Shown: positions 28,213-36,759 of the stretch, in pieces
How positions within the stretch are numbered: the first letter of the stretch is position 1
Layout of the letters: each line of letters begins with the position of its first letter
Assembly (NCBI GenBank): GCA_965261645.1
Contig: CBDHDJ010000004.1
Span: forward strand, 2,040,752 to 2,104,751
Direction of reading: 5' to 3'
Source: Alphaproteobacteria bacterium
GTDB taxonomy: Bacteria > Pseudomonadota > Alphaproteobacteria > SHVV01
DNA: 64,000 bases
Position numbers and translations under genes: made by a program
The notes under the pieces: generated by a model
Told to the model about the DNA's origin: nothing
Database searches by the model: none
Seen by the model: the letters and a program-made list of their open reading frames with translations, nothing else

Positions 28213-29850
28213 ATGGAACGCCACATGAGTACACAGGAACCAAACGCCGCGGCCGGCGACCCGGTCGCGGGCAGGCTGCAAAAACTCATCGACATCGGAA
28301 TCGCCCTGTCGGCGGAGCGCAATCACGACCGCTTGATGGAGCGTATCCTGACGGAAGCGCAGAAGCTCTGTAACGCGGACGGCGGCACGCTTTACTTGCG
28401 CGATGAGGAGGATCACCTGGTCTTCACCATCGTGCACAAGGATTCCCTCGGCGTTGCCATGGGCGGGACCACCGGCAGCGAGATCACCTTCCCGCCGCTT
28501 GAGCTTTACGATTCGCAAACCGGCGCGCGCAACGAAAAGAACGTCGCGACTTACGCGGCGTTGGCCGAGCGCACCGTCAACATCGCCGATGCATACGAAG
28601 CTGAGGACTTCGATTTCAGCGGCACCCGGACGTTCGACGAGCGGACAGGTTACCGTTCCAAGTCTTTTCTGACGGTTCCGCTCATGAACTATGACGGCGA
28701 TATCATTGGCGTTCTCCAGCTCATCAACGCGGTGGACACAGAGACCGGCGAGGTGATCGTCTTCGGGGCGCGCCTGCAGCAGATCGTCGAGGCGCTCGCT
28801 TCGCAGGCCGCGGTAGCGCTCGACAACCAGATGCTGCTGGAGGCGCAACGGGACCTGCTCGAATCGTTCATCCGTTTGATCGCGGTCGCCATCGACGAGA
28901 AGTCGCCCTACACGAGCGGTCACTGCCAGCGCGTGCCCGTGCTCGCCGAAATGATCGCCGAGGCCGCCTGCCAGGCGCACCAGGGTCCGTTCAAGGACTT
29001 CAGCCTGACCGAAGACGAGATGTACGAGCTCCGCATCGCGGCGTGGATGCACGACTGCGGCAAGGTCACCACGCCGGAATATGTGGTCGACAAGTCGACC
29101 AAGCTAGAAACCATCTACGACCGCATCGATTTGGTCACAACCCGCACAGAGATCCTCAAGCGGGACGCCGAGATCGCTTACCTGCGCGCCGTGGCCGGCG
29201 GAAGCGGCGATGAACCCGCGCTCCGGGCCGAGCGCGATGCGACCCTGGCGCGCCTCGCCGATGAGCTCGCCTTCATCGAGAAAACCAATATCGGAGGCGA
29301 ATTCCTGTCGGACGACGATAAGGAACGGGTGACGGAGATCGCGACTCGGTCGTGGAGCGATGGCGAGGGTGAGGAGGTGCCGTTTCTCTCCGACGACGAG
29401 GTCGCCAATCTGAACATCTCGCGCGGCACGCTCACCCACGACGAGCGCGAGGTCATCAACAACCACGTGGTGGTGACGATCAAGATGCTGGAGCAGCTGC
29501 CGTTTCCCAAGAACCTGCGTCGCGTGCCCGAATACGCCGGCGGCCATCACGAGCGGATGGACGGCTCGGGCTACCCGCTGGGCTTGACGCGCGATCAGAT
29601 GTCGATCCCGGCGCGCATGATGGCGCTGGCCGACATTTTCGAGGCCCTGACTGCGGCCGACCGGCCCTACAAGAAGGCCAAACCGGTGACCGAATCAATC
29701 GGCATCATGAGTCGCATGATGAAGACAGATCACATCGACGCCGAGTTGTTCGAGCTGTTCCTCAAAGCCGGCGTCTACCGGAAATATGCCGAGAAATTCC
29801 TGCCCTCAGAGCAGGCGGACGAGATAGATATCAGAGCCTATCTGAACTGA
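28213..29850 (+). CDS. GAF domain / HD-GYP domain protein (putative c-di-GMP phosphodiesterase)
   Basis: The N-terminal GAF-like region (LCNADGGTLYL..., GVLQLINA) is followed by an HD region (HCQRV..., WMHDCGK) and HHERMDGSGYP. Confidence 0.75.
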   Translation: MERHMSTQEPNAAAGDPVAGRLQKLIDIGIALSAERNHDRLMERILTEAQKLCNADGGTLYLRDEEDHLVFTIVHKDSLGVAMGGTTGSEITFPPLELYDSQTGARNEKNVATYAALAERTVNIADAYEAEDFDFSGTRTFDERTGYRSKSFLTVPLMNYDGDIIGVLQLINAVDTETGEVIVFGARLQQIVEALASQAAVALDNQMLLEAQRDLLESFIRLIAVAIDEKSPYTSGHCQRVPVLAEMIAEAACQAHQGPFKDFSLTEDEMYELRIAAWMHDCGKVTTPEYVVDKSTKLETIYDRIDLVTTRTEILKRDAEIAYLRAVAGGSGDEPALRAERDATLARLADELAFIEKTNIGGEFLSDDDKERVTEIATRSWSDGEGEEVPFLSDDEVANLNISRGTLTHDEREVINNHVVVTIKMLEQLPFPKNLRRVPEYAGGHHERMDGSGYPLGLTRDQMSIPARMMALADIFEALTAADRPYKKAKPVTESIGIMSRMMKTDHIDAELFELFLKAGVYRKYAEKFLPSEQADEIDIRAYLN

Positions 29851-29853
29851 CGG

Positions 29854-30597
29854 TCAGCCGATCGTGGCGAGGGCCGGAAAGATCTCTAGCAGATAGTAGC
29901 TGAGCGCCGACAGCGAGCCGGTGAAGATCATCACGCCGGTGATCACCAGGAGCCCACCGGCGGCAAGCTCCACCTTGCGCACGTGGCGGCGGAAACGCTG
30001 TAGAAACGCCATGAACGGCCGCACAGCGATGGCCGCGATGAGGAACGGGACGCCGAGGCCGAACGCGTAGGTACCGAGCAGCGAAACGCCATAGCCCAGT
30101 GAATCGCTGCTTGCGGCCATCGTCAGGATGACGGCGAGGATGGGACCGACACAGGGCGTCCAGCCAAAAGCGAAGGCAAGGCCAATGAGGAAGGCGCCAA
30201 GCGCACCCGCGGGAACGCGCTCCGGGTGAAAGCGGGCCTCCCGGCCAAGCAGGGGAATGCGGAAGAGCCCCATGTAATGCAGCCCGAAGACGACGATCAC
30301 GGCGCCGGCAACCTTGCTGAGGATATCGATGTGGCGAAAGATGAGATCGTTGATCACCGAGGCCGAGGCGCCCATGATGATGAACACGACGGAAAAGCCC
30401 AACACGAACAAAACCGCCGAAAGGATGACCTGCCGTGCCAGCGCCGGGTCGGGTCCCTCATCACCGGTCAATTGATCGAGCGAGGTGCCGGCCACGAAGC
30501 AGAGATAGCCCGGCACGATCGGCAGCACACAGGGCGACAGGAAACTGATCAGACCCGCGCCCGCCGCAACGCCGTAGGAGATACCCGCTCCTTCCAT
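29854..30597 (-). CDS. ccdA: Cytochrome c biogenesis / thiol-disulfide transporter CcdA (DsbD-core family)
   Basis: The start was moved to ATG 30597 (MEGAGISYG...). It has the two signature Cys motifs FLSPCVLPIVPGY and GWTPCVGPIL and is a polytopic membrane protein. Confidence 0.7.
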   Translation of the reverse strand: MEGAGISYGVAAGAGLISFLSPCVLPIVPGYLCFVAGTSLDQLTGDEGPDPALARQVILSAVLFVLGFSVVFIIMGASASVINDLIFRHIDILSKVAGAVIVVFGLHYMGLFRIPLLGREARFHPERVPAGALGAFLIGLAFAFGWTPCVGPILAVILTMAASSDSLGYGVSLLGTYAFGLGVPFLIAAIAVRPFMAFLQRFRRHVRKVELAAGGLLVITGVMIFTGSLSALSYYLLEIFPALATIG

Positions 30598-30779
30598 GCC
30601 GTGTGTAGGTCCTCGCGCCCACGTGATCGACCGGAATGCCTTACAACATAAGACCAAGCCGCCGACACGCGAATCAAATTGTCGTGCGGGCGGAGGCACC
30701 GCACCATGAGACCCGGTCGCTGCCGCTGTGGTACTTTGATCGCCTTGATGGAAGTGCTTCGATCAGGATCGCGGCCGCG

Positions 30780-31004
30780 ATGACCCATCTTCTCGATGCT
30801 TCGGGACTGAGCTGCCCCCTCCCCGTGTTGCGCGCCCGCAAGCGCCTGAAGGAGATCGCCGGGGGCGAGGTGCTCGAGGTGATTGCGACGGATCCGGCCG
30901 CGGTGCAGGATTTTCAGTCGTTCTGTGGTGCCACGGGCCATGTCCTCGTGGCTTGGCAGGAAACCGACGGCGTGTTCTCGTTCCGGATTCGCAAGACCGG
31001 TTGA
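30780..31004 (+). CDS. TusA/SirA-like sulfurtransferase family protein (74 aa)
   Basis: ATG 30780. LDASGLSCPLPVLRARKRL contains the TusA CPxP motif. Confidence 0.7.
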   Translation: MTHLLDASGLSCPLPVLRARKRLKEIAGGEVLEVIATDPAAVQDFQSFCGATGHVLVAWQETDGVFSFRIRKTG

Positions 31005-31033
31005 GTCCTCGCGCAGAGGTGAGGCGGCGTCGG

Positions 31034-31798
31034 CTAGGTGCGGCGGAACATCGTGGCCGCGAGCCAGCCGCTGAGAACCGCGAGCAATACGGCGATCAGG
31101 CCGTAGGCGGCGGGTTGGTGGCGGGCAAAATCGAAAACCGCTCTTTCGAATCCCACCTTGCTGATGGTCAAGGGTCGGCTCTGCTGGGAGATGAGCACGC
31201 CGTCACGGAACAGGTAAAAGCTCGCCCAGTAGGTGCCGACCGGGGCATGGGCTGGGATCTCGATATCGGTGCGAAAGAGGGTGTCGCTGATGAAGACGAT
31301 CTCGCCGATGTCGTCCTGATAGAGTCGTGCCCGCCGTCGGTTACGGATGAGCGCGTCCTTGTAGCCTTGGGCTTCCGCTGTTTGGTGAGGGGCGCGGGGC
31401 TCCATGCGTAAGTTGTTGACGCCGATTTCGTAACTCGCCAGCACCGCCGGCGCGGCGATCTTGCTCAAGGACTGGCTGGCCGCAACCGCGTAAAAGCCGG
31501 GCACGTTCTCGAACGTAGCCTCCGAGCTGTTGACCCAAATGCCGCCGACCCGCGTCTTGTGCCGCACAACTTCTGCCCGGCCCGGACTGCGCACCACTAC
31601 GACGACGTCACCGGCCTCCTTGCGCGCGCCGAACAGCACGAGCTCGGCGCCGCTATAGCTCGAGGTGATGGCGATCAAGTGTGAGGAGAGGTCGACAACC
31701 AGGGGCTCCGCCCGCACGTCGCCCGGCCCCGTGGCGGTCAGGAACCCGAGCGCCATTGCCACAAAGGGCCACGTCCGCCTCTGCCGCTGTCCGCTCAT
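31034..31798 (-). CDS. Alph_Pro_TM / TIGR02186-type membrane protein (signal peptide plus C-terminal TM helix)
   Basis: The start at 31798 overlaps the TauE stop (ATGA). It is ~254 aa with an N-terminal signal-like segment and a C-terminal helix (YGLIAVLLAVLSGWLAA). This family is typically found next to TauE genes in Alphaproteobacteria. Confidence 0.55.
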   Translation of the reverse strand: MSGQRQRRTWPFVAMALGFLTATGPGDVRAEPLVVDLSSHLIAITSSYSGAELVLFGARKEAGDVVVVVRSPGRAEVVRHKTRVGGIWVNSSEATFENVPGFYAVAASQSLSKIAAPAVLASYEIGVNNLRMEPRAPHQTAEAQGYKDALIRNRRRARLYQDDIGEIVFISDTLFRTDIEIPAHAPVGTYWASFYLFRDGVLISQQSRPLTISKVGFERAVFDFARHQPAAYGLIAVLLAVLSGWLAATMFRRT

Positions 31799-32715
31799 CC
31801 GGCGATCAGAACCTCCACGGAGAAGGGATCCCCAGGCGTTGCGACAATGCCCCAGACCAGCCGCGCGCACACTCCGAGGACGATTAACGCGAGCAGCGCG
31901 CGCAACTGTTCGCCCCGCAGCTTGACACCCACCGTCGTGCCGATTTGGGCGCCGACGACGGCCCCCGCCAGAAGCACGAGCGCCAGCAGCGCATCGACGG
32001 TCTGGTTGGTGATCGAGTGAAGGAACGTCACGTTGGCCGTGATAAAAATGATGTGGAAAAGCGAAGTGCCGACAGCCACCGTGGTCGGCATGCCGAGCAG
32101 GTAAATCATCGCCGGCACCATAATGAAGCCACCACCAACGCCCATGATGGCGGCGAGAATACCGACCACGAAGCCAATGACGACCGGCGGGATGACGCTG
32201 GTGTAGAGCTTCGAGCGGTGGAAGCGCATCTTGAGCGGCAAGCCATGGACCCAAAAATGCACATGCGCTTTGCGCCGGGGCCGGGTGTCGCGCAGGTTAT
32301 GGATTATGCGCGTCACGCTCTCGGCCAGCATCAGCCAGCCAATCACGCCAAGAAAGATGATGTAGGAAAACGAGATCAGCAGATCCACCTGGCCAGCCAG
32401 GCGCACCTCGCGGAAGATCCAGGTGCCTAGCGCGGAGCCGAGGAGCCCGCCGACGACCAGCACGCCACCCATCTTCAGATCGACGTTGTTGCGCCGCCAA
32501 TGGGCCATGACACCGGAGACCGAAGCCGCGACCACCTGGTTCGCTTCGGTGGCAACAGCGACCGCCGGCGACACGCCAATGAAGATCAGCAGCGGGGTCA
32601 TCAAAAATCCGCCCCCGACGCCGAACATGCCAGCGAGAAATCCCACCCCGGCGCCCATTCCCAAAAGCAGGAAGATGTTCACCGACATTTCGGCAATGGG
32701 CAGATAAATCTGCAT
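31795..32715 (-). CDS. Sulfite exporter TauE/SafE family membrane protein
   Basis: The start was moved to ATG 32715 (MQIYLPIAEMSVNIFLLLGMGAGVGFLAGMFGVGGGFLMTP). The repeated GVGGG(F) motifs are typical of TauE/SafE. Confidence 0.7.
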   Translation of the reverse strand: MQIYLPIAEMSVNIFLLLGMGAGVGFLAGMFGVGGGFLMTPLLIFIGVSPAVAVATEANQVVAASVSGVMAHWRRNNVDLKMGGVLVVGGLLGSALGTWIFREVRLAGQVDLLISFSYIIFLGVIGWLMLAESVTRIIHNLRDTRPRRKAHVHFWVHGLPLKMRFHRSKLYTSVIPPVVIGFVVGILAAIMGVGGGFIMVPAMIYLLGMPTTVAVGTSLFHIIFITANVTFLHSITNQTVDALLALVLLAGAVVGAQIGTTVGVKLRGEQLRALLALIVLGVCARLVWGIVATPGDPFSVEVLIAG

Positions 32716-32874
32716 CGACGCGCCGATCGTGAGACGTGAAGCGTGACTCTGTTCGCCGGGCGGGATCCGAAGCGGAATCGTACGAATCGCCCGGCCCGCC
32801 GGGCTTAGCACATGCCCGGGCGGTTGGAAAGCTCCGGCGCCCGAACGCGCAGGCTAACGCGCTGGCGCGCCTAA

Positions 32875-34319
32875 CAGCCCGTTGATTAAGTCGGCGCCGT
32901 CTGATTCTCTGGTTCCCTGATTTGCAGGGGGATTTGCCGATGGCGATGGGACGGCAGAAGGATGGTCAGGGGGACCTGATGGTGAGCTGGTCGGAGATGC
33001 CGCGCTCTCCGGGTCATGTGTTTTATGACCGCTTGCAGTCGGTGCTGATCGAGGGCGGCTTCGACGCCTTTGCCGAGGCGAGCTGCCGGCCTTATTACGC
33101 GGTCCGGATGGGCGCGCCCTCGGTGCCGCCCGGGCGCTATTTCCGGATGCACCTGGTGGGCTACTTTGAGGGCATCGACAGCGAGCGCGGTCTGGAGTGG
33201 CGCTGCTCGGACTCGCTTTCGCTGCGGGCGTTCCTGCGACTGGGGAGCCGTGATCGGGTACCGGACCATTCCTGGCTGTCACGGAGCCGCACGCGCCTGC
33301 CCCATGAAGTCCACGCGGCGGTCTTCGACTGGGTTCTGGTGCTGATCGCCGAGGCGGGGCTGATCAAGGGCGAGCGCATCGGCGTCGATGCCTCGACCAT
33401 GGAGGCCAACGCGGCGCTGCGGAACATCGTGCGGCGCGACAACGGCGAAGGCTACCGGGAGATGCTGGAGCGCCTGGCCCGGGAAAGCGGGGTCGAGACA
33501 CCCACGGCCGAGGACCTGGCGCCTCTGGACCGGAAGCGCAAGGGCAAGAAGCTTTCCAACACGGATTGGGTTTCGAAGAGCGACCCCGAGGCCAAGATCA
33601 CCAAGATGAAGGACGGCACGACGCATCTGGCCTACAAGCCCGAGCACGCGGTGGATCTGGACACCGGCGCGGTGGTGGCGGCCGAGCTGCACCCGGCCGA
33701 TGAGGGCGACACCACGACGCTTTCCAAGACCCTGGCGAAGGCCGAGGCAAACCTCGAGGCGGTGGATGCGGCACCGACATCGGAGGACCCGGCCGAATGC
33801 GTCCCCGACAAAGGTTATCACTCACGGGCGGTCTTGAGGGCTCTGAACGACAGTCCCTGGAAGACCCGGATCGCGGCGCCCAAGCAGACCGGCTTTTCGC
33901 GCTGGCACGGTGATGAGGCGGCGCGGCGCGCGGTCACCAATAACCGTGCGCGGCTCAAGTCCGGGGTCGCCCGCGAGGCCTTCAAGCTGCGCGCCGAGAT
34001 CGTCGAGCGCTGCTTTGCCCACAACCTCGATCGTGGCGGCATGCGACGAACCTGGCTGCGCGGGCGAGAGAATGTGCACAAGCGATACCTGCTCCACGTC
34101 GCCGGCCACAATCTATCGTTACTGATGCGCCAGCTCATCGGCGCCGGCACCCCGCGGGAGGCCGTGGCGGGCGGATATGGCGGTATTTTCGTTCTGCTCA
34201 CGCCCACCGGGGCCATGCTGGTGGCACGGGGGGGCTCGCAAAGCGGCCAGACGGCTTTCGCCGCCGCATTCCTCATCTGGGAGTGAGAGCCGGAAAAAGC
34301 CACTTAATCAACGGGCTGC
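32875..34319 (+). mobile_element. IS5-family insertion sequence (~1.45 kb) with 17-bp perfect terminal inverted repeats and a 4-bp CTAA target duplication
   Basis: The left inverted repeat CAGCCCGTTGATTAAGT (32875-32891) equals the reverse complement of 34303-34319. CTAA lies at 32871-32874 and at 34320-34323. Confidence 0.8.
32940..34286 (+). CDS. IS5-family DDE transposase
   Basis: ATG 32940 follows AGGGGGA. It has an InsH-type N-terminal region (VFYDRL...RPYY...GRYFRMHLVGYFEGIDSERGLEW) and a DDE C-terminal region (GVDASTMEANA..., DKGYHS...). Confidence 0.75.
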   Translation: MAMGRQKDGQGDLMVSWSEMPRSPGHVFYDRLQSVLIEGGFDAFAEASCRPYYAVRMGAPSVPPGRYFRMHLVGYFEGIDSERGLEWRCSDSLSLRAFLRLGSRDRVPDHSWLSRSRTRLPHEVHAAVFDWVLVLIAEAGLIKGERIGVDASTMEANAALRNIVRRDNGEGYREMLERLARESGVETPTAEDLAPLDRKRKGKKLSNTDWVSKSDPEAKITKMKDGTTHLAYKPEHAVDLDTGAVVAAELHPADEGDTTTLSKTLAKAEANLEAVDAAPTSEDPAECVPDKGYHSRAVLRALNDSPWKTRIAAPKQTGFSRWHGDEAARRAVTNNRARLKSGVAREAFKLRAEIVERCFAHNLDRGGMRRTWLRGRENVHKRYLLHVAGHNLSLLMRQLIGAGTPREAVAGGYGGIFVLLTPTGAMLVARGGSQSGQTAFAAAFLIWE

Positions 34320-34350
34320 TAAGGCCGGCGCCGTAGCGAGGCCGCGCCGC

Positions 34351-35680
34351 TTAGAAGTTGCGCGCGACGCCGACGGAAAGGAGCCAGTTGGTGTACTTGA
34401 AGTTGGGCAGGTTGCTATCGTTGACGATGCGCTGCACGGTGCCCACCGCCGTCCATTGCGGCTTCACGGGAACGGTCTGCACCAGAGTGAGGCGCCATTC
34501 CTTGTCGTAGCGTCGGGCATTGGGGTTCACCGCCGGGTTGGGGATGTCATACTCGTTGATTATCCGTGCCGTCGAGAGGGACGTGGACCACGGCCCACTA
34601 CCGACGCCGAACAGCGAAACGGGGTGCTGGTAAAAAGTGGCCAAGCCAGCCGTGAGGCCCCATTCCCAATTGGATTCGAAGTCTTGGCGAGCCGATTCCC
34701 GGTTGGCGACGGCCAGCCCGTTGAGGGTGATGTTGGGCCACAAGGCGTATCGCCCGGTCAGCCGGAGCTGGCTCGTCGGACCTTCCTGGTCCTTGGCGTT
34801 CGCGCGCTCGACACTGCTGTCATAATACTTTTGCTTGCGCTCGATATTCGCTTCACCCGCGAAACGCTCCGAAAACTGGTGGGTGACGTTCCAACCAAGG
34901 CCGGCCTCGTGCAGATAGGGCTGATTGCCCAGCCAGATGATGCTGGCGACGACATAGGGCCGGGAGGTCGCATTGTCGAGGTAGTCGGTCAGGAACCGCA
35001 ACCGCGGGCCCGACTGCAGCGACAGATAGATGAGATTGAGCTGCTTTTCGTCCTTCTGGATCGACCAGTAACCGGTTCCGTTCGTTTCGATGAACGCGCC
35101 GCCCTGAGTCAACAGGTCGTAACCGTGGCGGAAGCTGCCGGCGGCGAAGACGTTACCATCGCTCCGCGTCACGAACTGGTCATCGAGGGTCGACGAAATG
35201 CCGCCCACCAGGACGTCGCTGCTTGTGGGGCCGGCGATCGCATTGGACTGATAACCTGCGCCGCCGAACAGCGAGCCGCTCAGCTGATGGCGCGACAGCC
35301 GCTTGTCGACTTCCACCAAATAGGTCGCCACGCGGGGCCTGACCTCATCGGGGACATCGTCGCCCTCGATCGCCCGGGTGAGATAGGACTTGGCGAGCTG
35401 GTTAGGAGCCCAAGCGGAAATACAGGACGCCGAGCTCGAGCCGGACACGAGGCAGATTGGGGTTGATCAGCAGCATGCGATCGAGCGCACTGATCGCCGC
35501 CTCGAAATTGCCGAGCTTTACGGCGAGTTCGGCGTACTGGAACGATTTATCGAGGTTGCCTGGATCCTTGAATATCTCCTGGAAGGCGGCGTCGTACTGC
35601 TTCTGCAACGCGTCGAGGTCGGCCGAATCGTCCTGGGCTGCCGCGCGGTCGGAGCCGATTGCCGAAGCCGTGACGAGCAT
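34351..35680 (-). pseudogene. TPR plus beta-barrel outer-membrane protein (DUF560/Slam-like), frameshifted near 35400-35408 and lacking a convincing start/signal peptide
   Basis: ORF 35402..35680 encodes TPR-like helices (FQYAELAVKLGNFEAAISALDRML). ORF 34351..35448 continues (AKSYLTRAIE...) into a Gly/Tyr/Asn-rich barrel that ends in ...VGVARNF. The two parts join only after a +1 shift. Confidence 0.55.
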
Positions 35681-35861
35681 CAGCGCGACCAGGAACGGCG
35701 CCGTCAGCTTGCGTACACGCAGCCACGTGCCACCGATCCCGGGAAAATCCCAACGGCGTGGTGAAACAATCTGTCCCCCAAAACGCTACCCAACCAGAAA
35801 CCTTACGCATCTCTCTCACTCAGCGCCCGCGGTACTAACCTCAGCCGAGTCCCGACGCCAG

Positions 35862-36209
35862 CTAAATTCCGGGCCTGCCCCAGGACACGCCCGCGCTTTT
35901 CAGTTCGGGGCAGAGACGACCGCTCAGCGCGAGAACGTACATCCGAAAGTCGCTGTAGAGCGACCAGAAGGGGTAATTGAAGGTCGCCGGCCGGTTACGC
36001 TCGACGAAGACATGCCCGGCCCATGCGAAGGCGTAGCCGCCGAGCACCGCGCCGAGCAAGTACCAGGGAATGCCTGTGATGACGAGCAGAACGAGGGACA
36101 CAAGCGCAATCGTTGTGCCCACGTAATGCAGGGCGCGGCAGCTGGGCGCGCTATGTTCGCGCAGATAGAACGGCCAGAAATCGCGGTAGGTGGTGGGGCG
36201 TTCGGTCAT
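35862..36209 (-). CDS. DUF962 / Mpo1-like small membrane protein
   Basis: 115 aa with [12 protein letters not shown]..., RALHYVGT, and [22 protein letters not shown], characteristic of DUF962. Confidence 0.6.
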   Translation of the reverse strand: MTERPTTYRDFWPFYLREHSAPSCRALHYVGTTIALVSLVLLVITGIPWYLLGAVLGGYAFAWAGHVFVERNRPATFNYPFWSLYSDFRMYVLALSGRLCPELKSAGVSWGRPGI

Positions 36210-36325
36210 GCCAGCTCGCGTCGCTTAAAACATAGCTGTCGGTCGTGGGGTAAAAAGCATCGCTGCCGCTTGCAGGGTAAGAGGAAAGCCCGCTCCGGCT
36301 CAAGCTCGCCGCGGTTCATCCGCAC

Positions 36326-36354
36326 TTGACGTTTACGTAAACGTAAACTATCTC
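36326..36354 (+). promoter_or_regulatory. Promoter-like TTGACG-17 nt-TATCTC with an embedded 8-2-8 palindrome GTTTACGT-AA-ACGTAAAC (candidate MerR/LiuR-type operator)
   Basis: TTGACG at 36326-36331, palindrome at 36331-36348, TATCTC at 36349-36354, directly abutting ATG 36355. Confidence 0.5.
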
Positions 36355-36759
36355 ATGGTCATGGCGCTGGAATCCTATTCGATCTCCGATCTCGCGGGGG
36401 AGTTCGCCATCACGCCGCGAACCCTGCGCTTTTACGAGGACAAAGACCTCATCCACCCGACTCGCAAAGGCCAAACGCGCATCTTTTCGAGGCGCGATCG
36501 GGTGCGTCTCAAGCTCATCCTGCGTGGCCGGCGACTCGGCTTCAGCCTGGCCGATATCAAAGAGATGCTCGATCTCTATGATCTTGGCGACGGCCAAGTC
36601 GAGCAGCTCAGTGTGACGCTTCACAAGGGCCGCAGCCGCCTCGCCGAGTTGCGGCAACAGCGCCATGAGATCGAAGCGGCCATCGGTGAACTCGAGGAGA
36701 GCTGCGCGGCGATCGAACAAGCGCTCAACGACAAGGGGGCGGCCGTCGATGCGCTATGA
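36355..36759 (+). CDS. MerR family transcriptional regulator (LiuR-like)
   Basis: YSISDLAGEFAITPRTLRFYEDKDLIHP is a MerR helix-turn-helix, and a C-terminal coiled coil follows. The gene heads an acyl-CoA dehydrogenase / thiolase cluster. Confidence 0.75.
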   Translation: MVMALESYSISDLAGEFAITPRTLRFYEDKDLIHPTRKGQTRIFSRRDRVRLKLILRGRRLGFSLADIKEMLDLYDLGDGQVEQLSVTLHKGRSRLAELRQQRHEIEAAIGELEESCAAIEQALNDKGAAVDAL

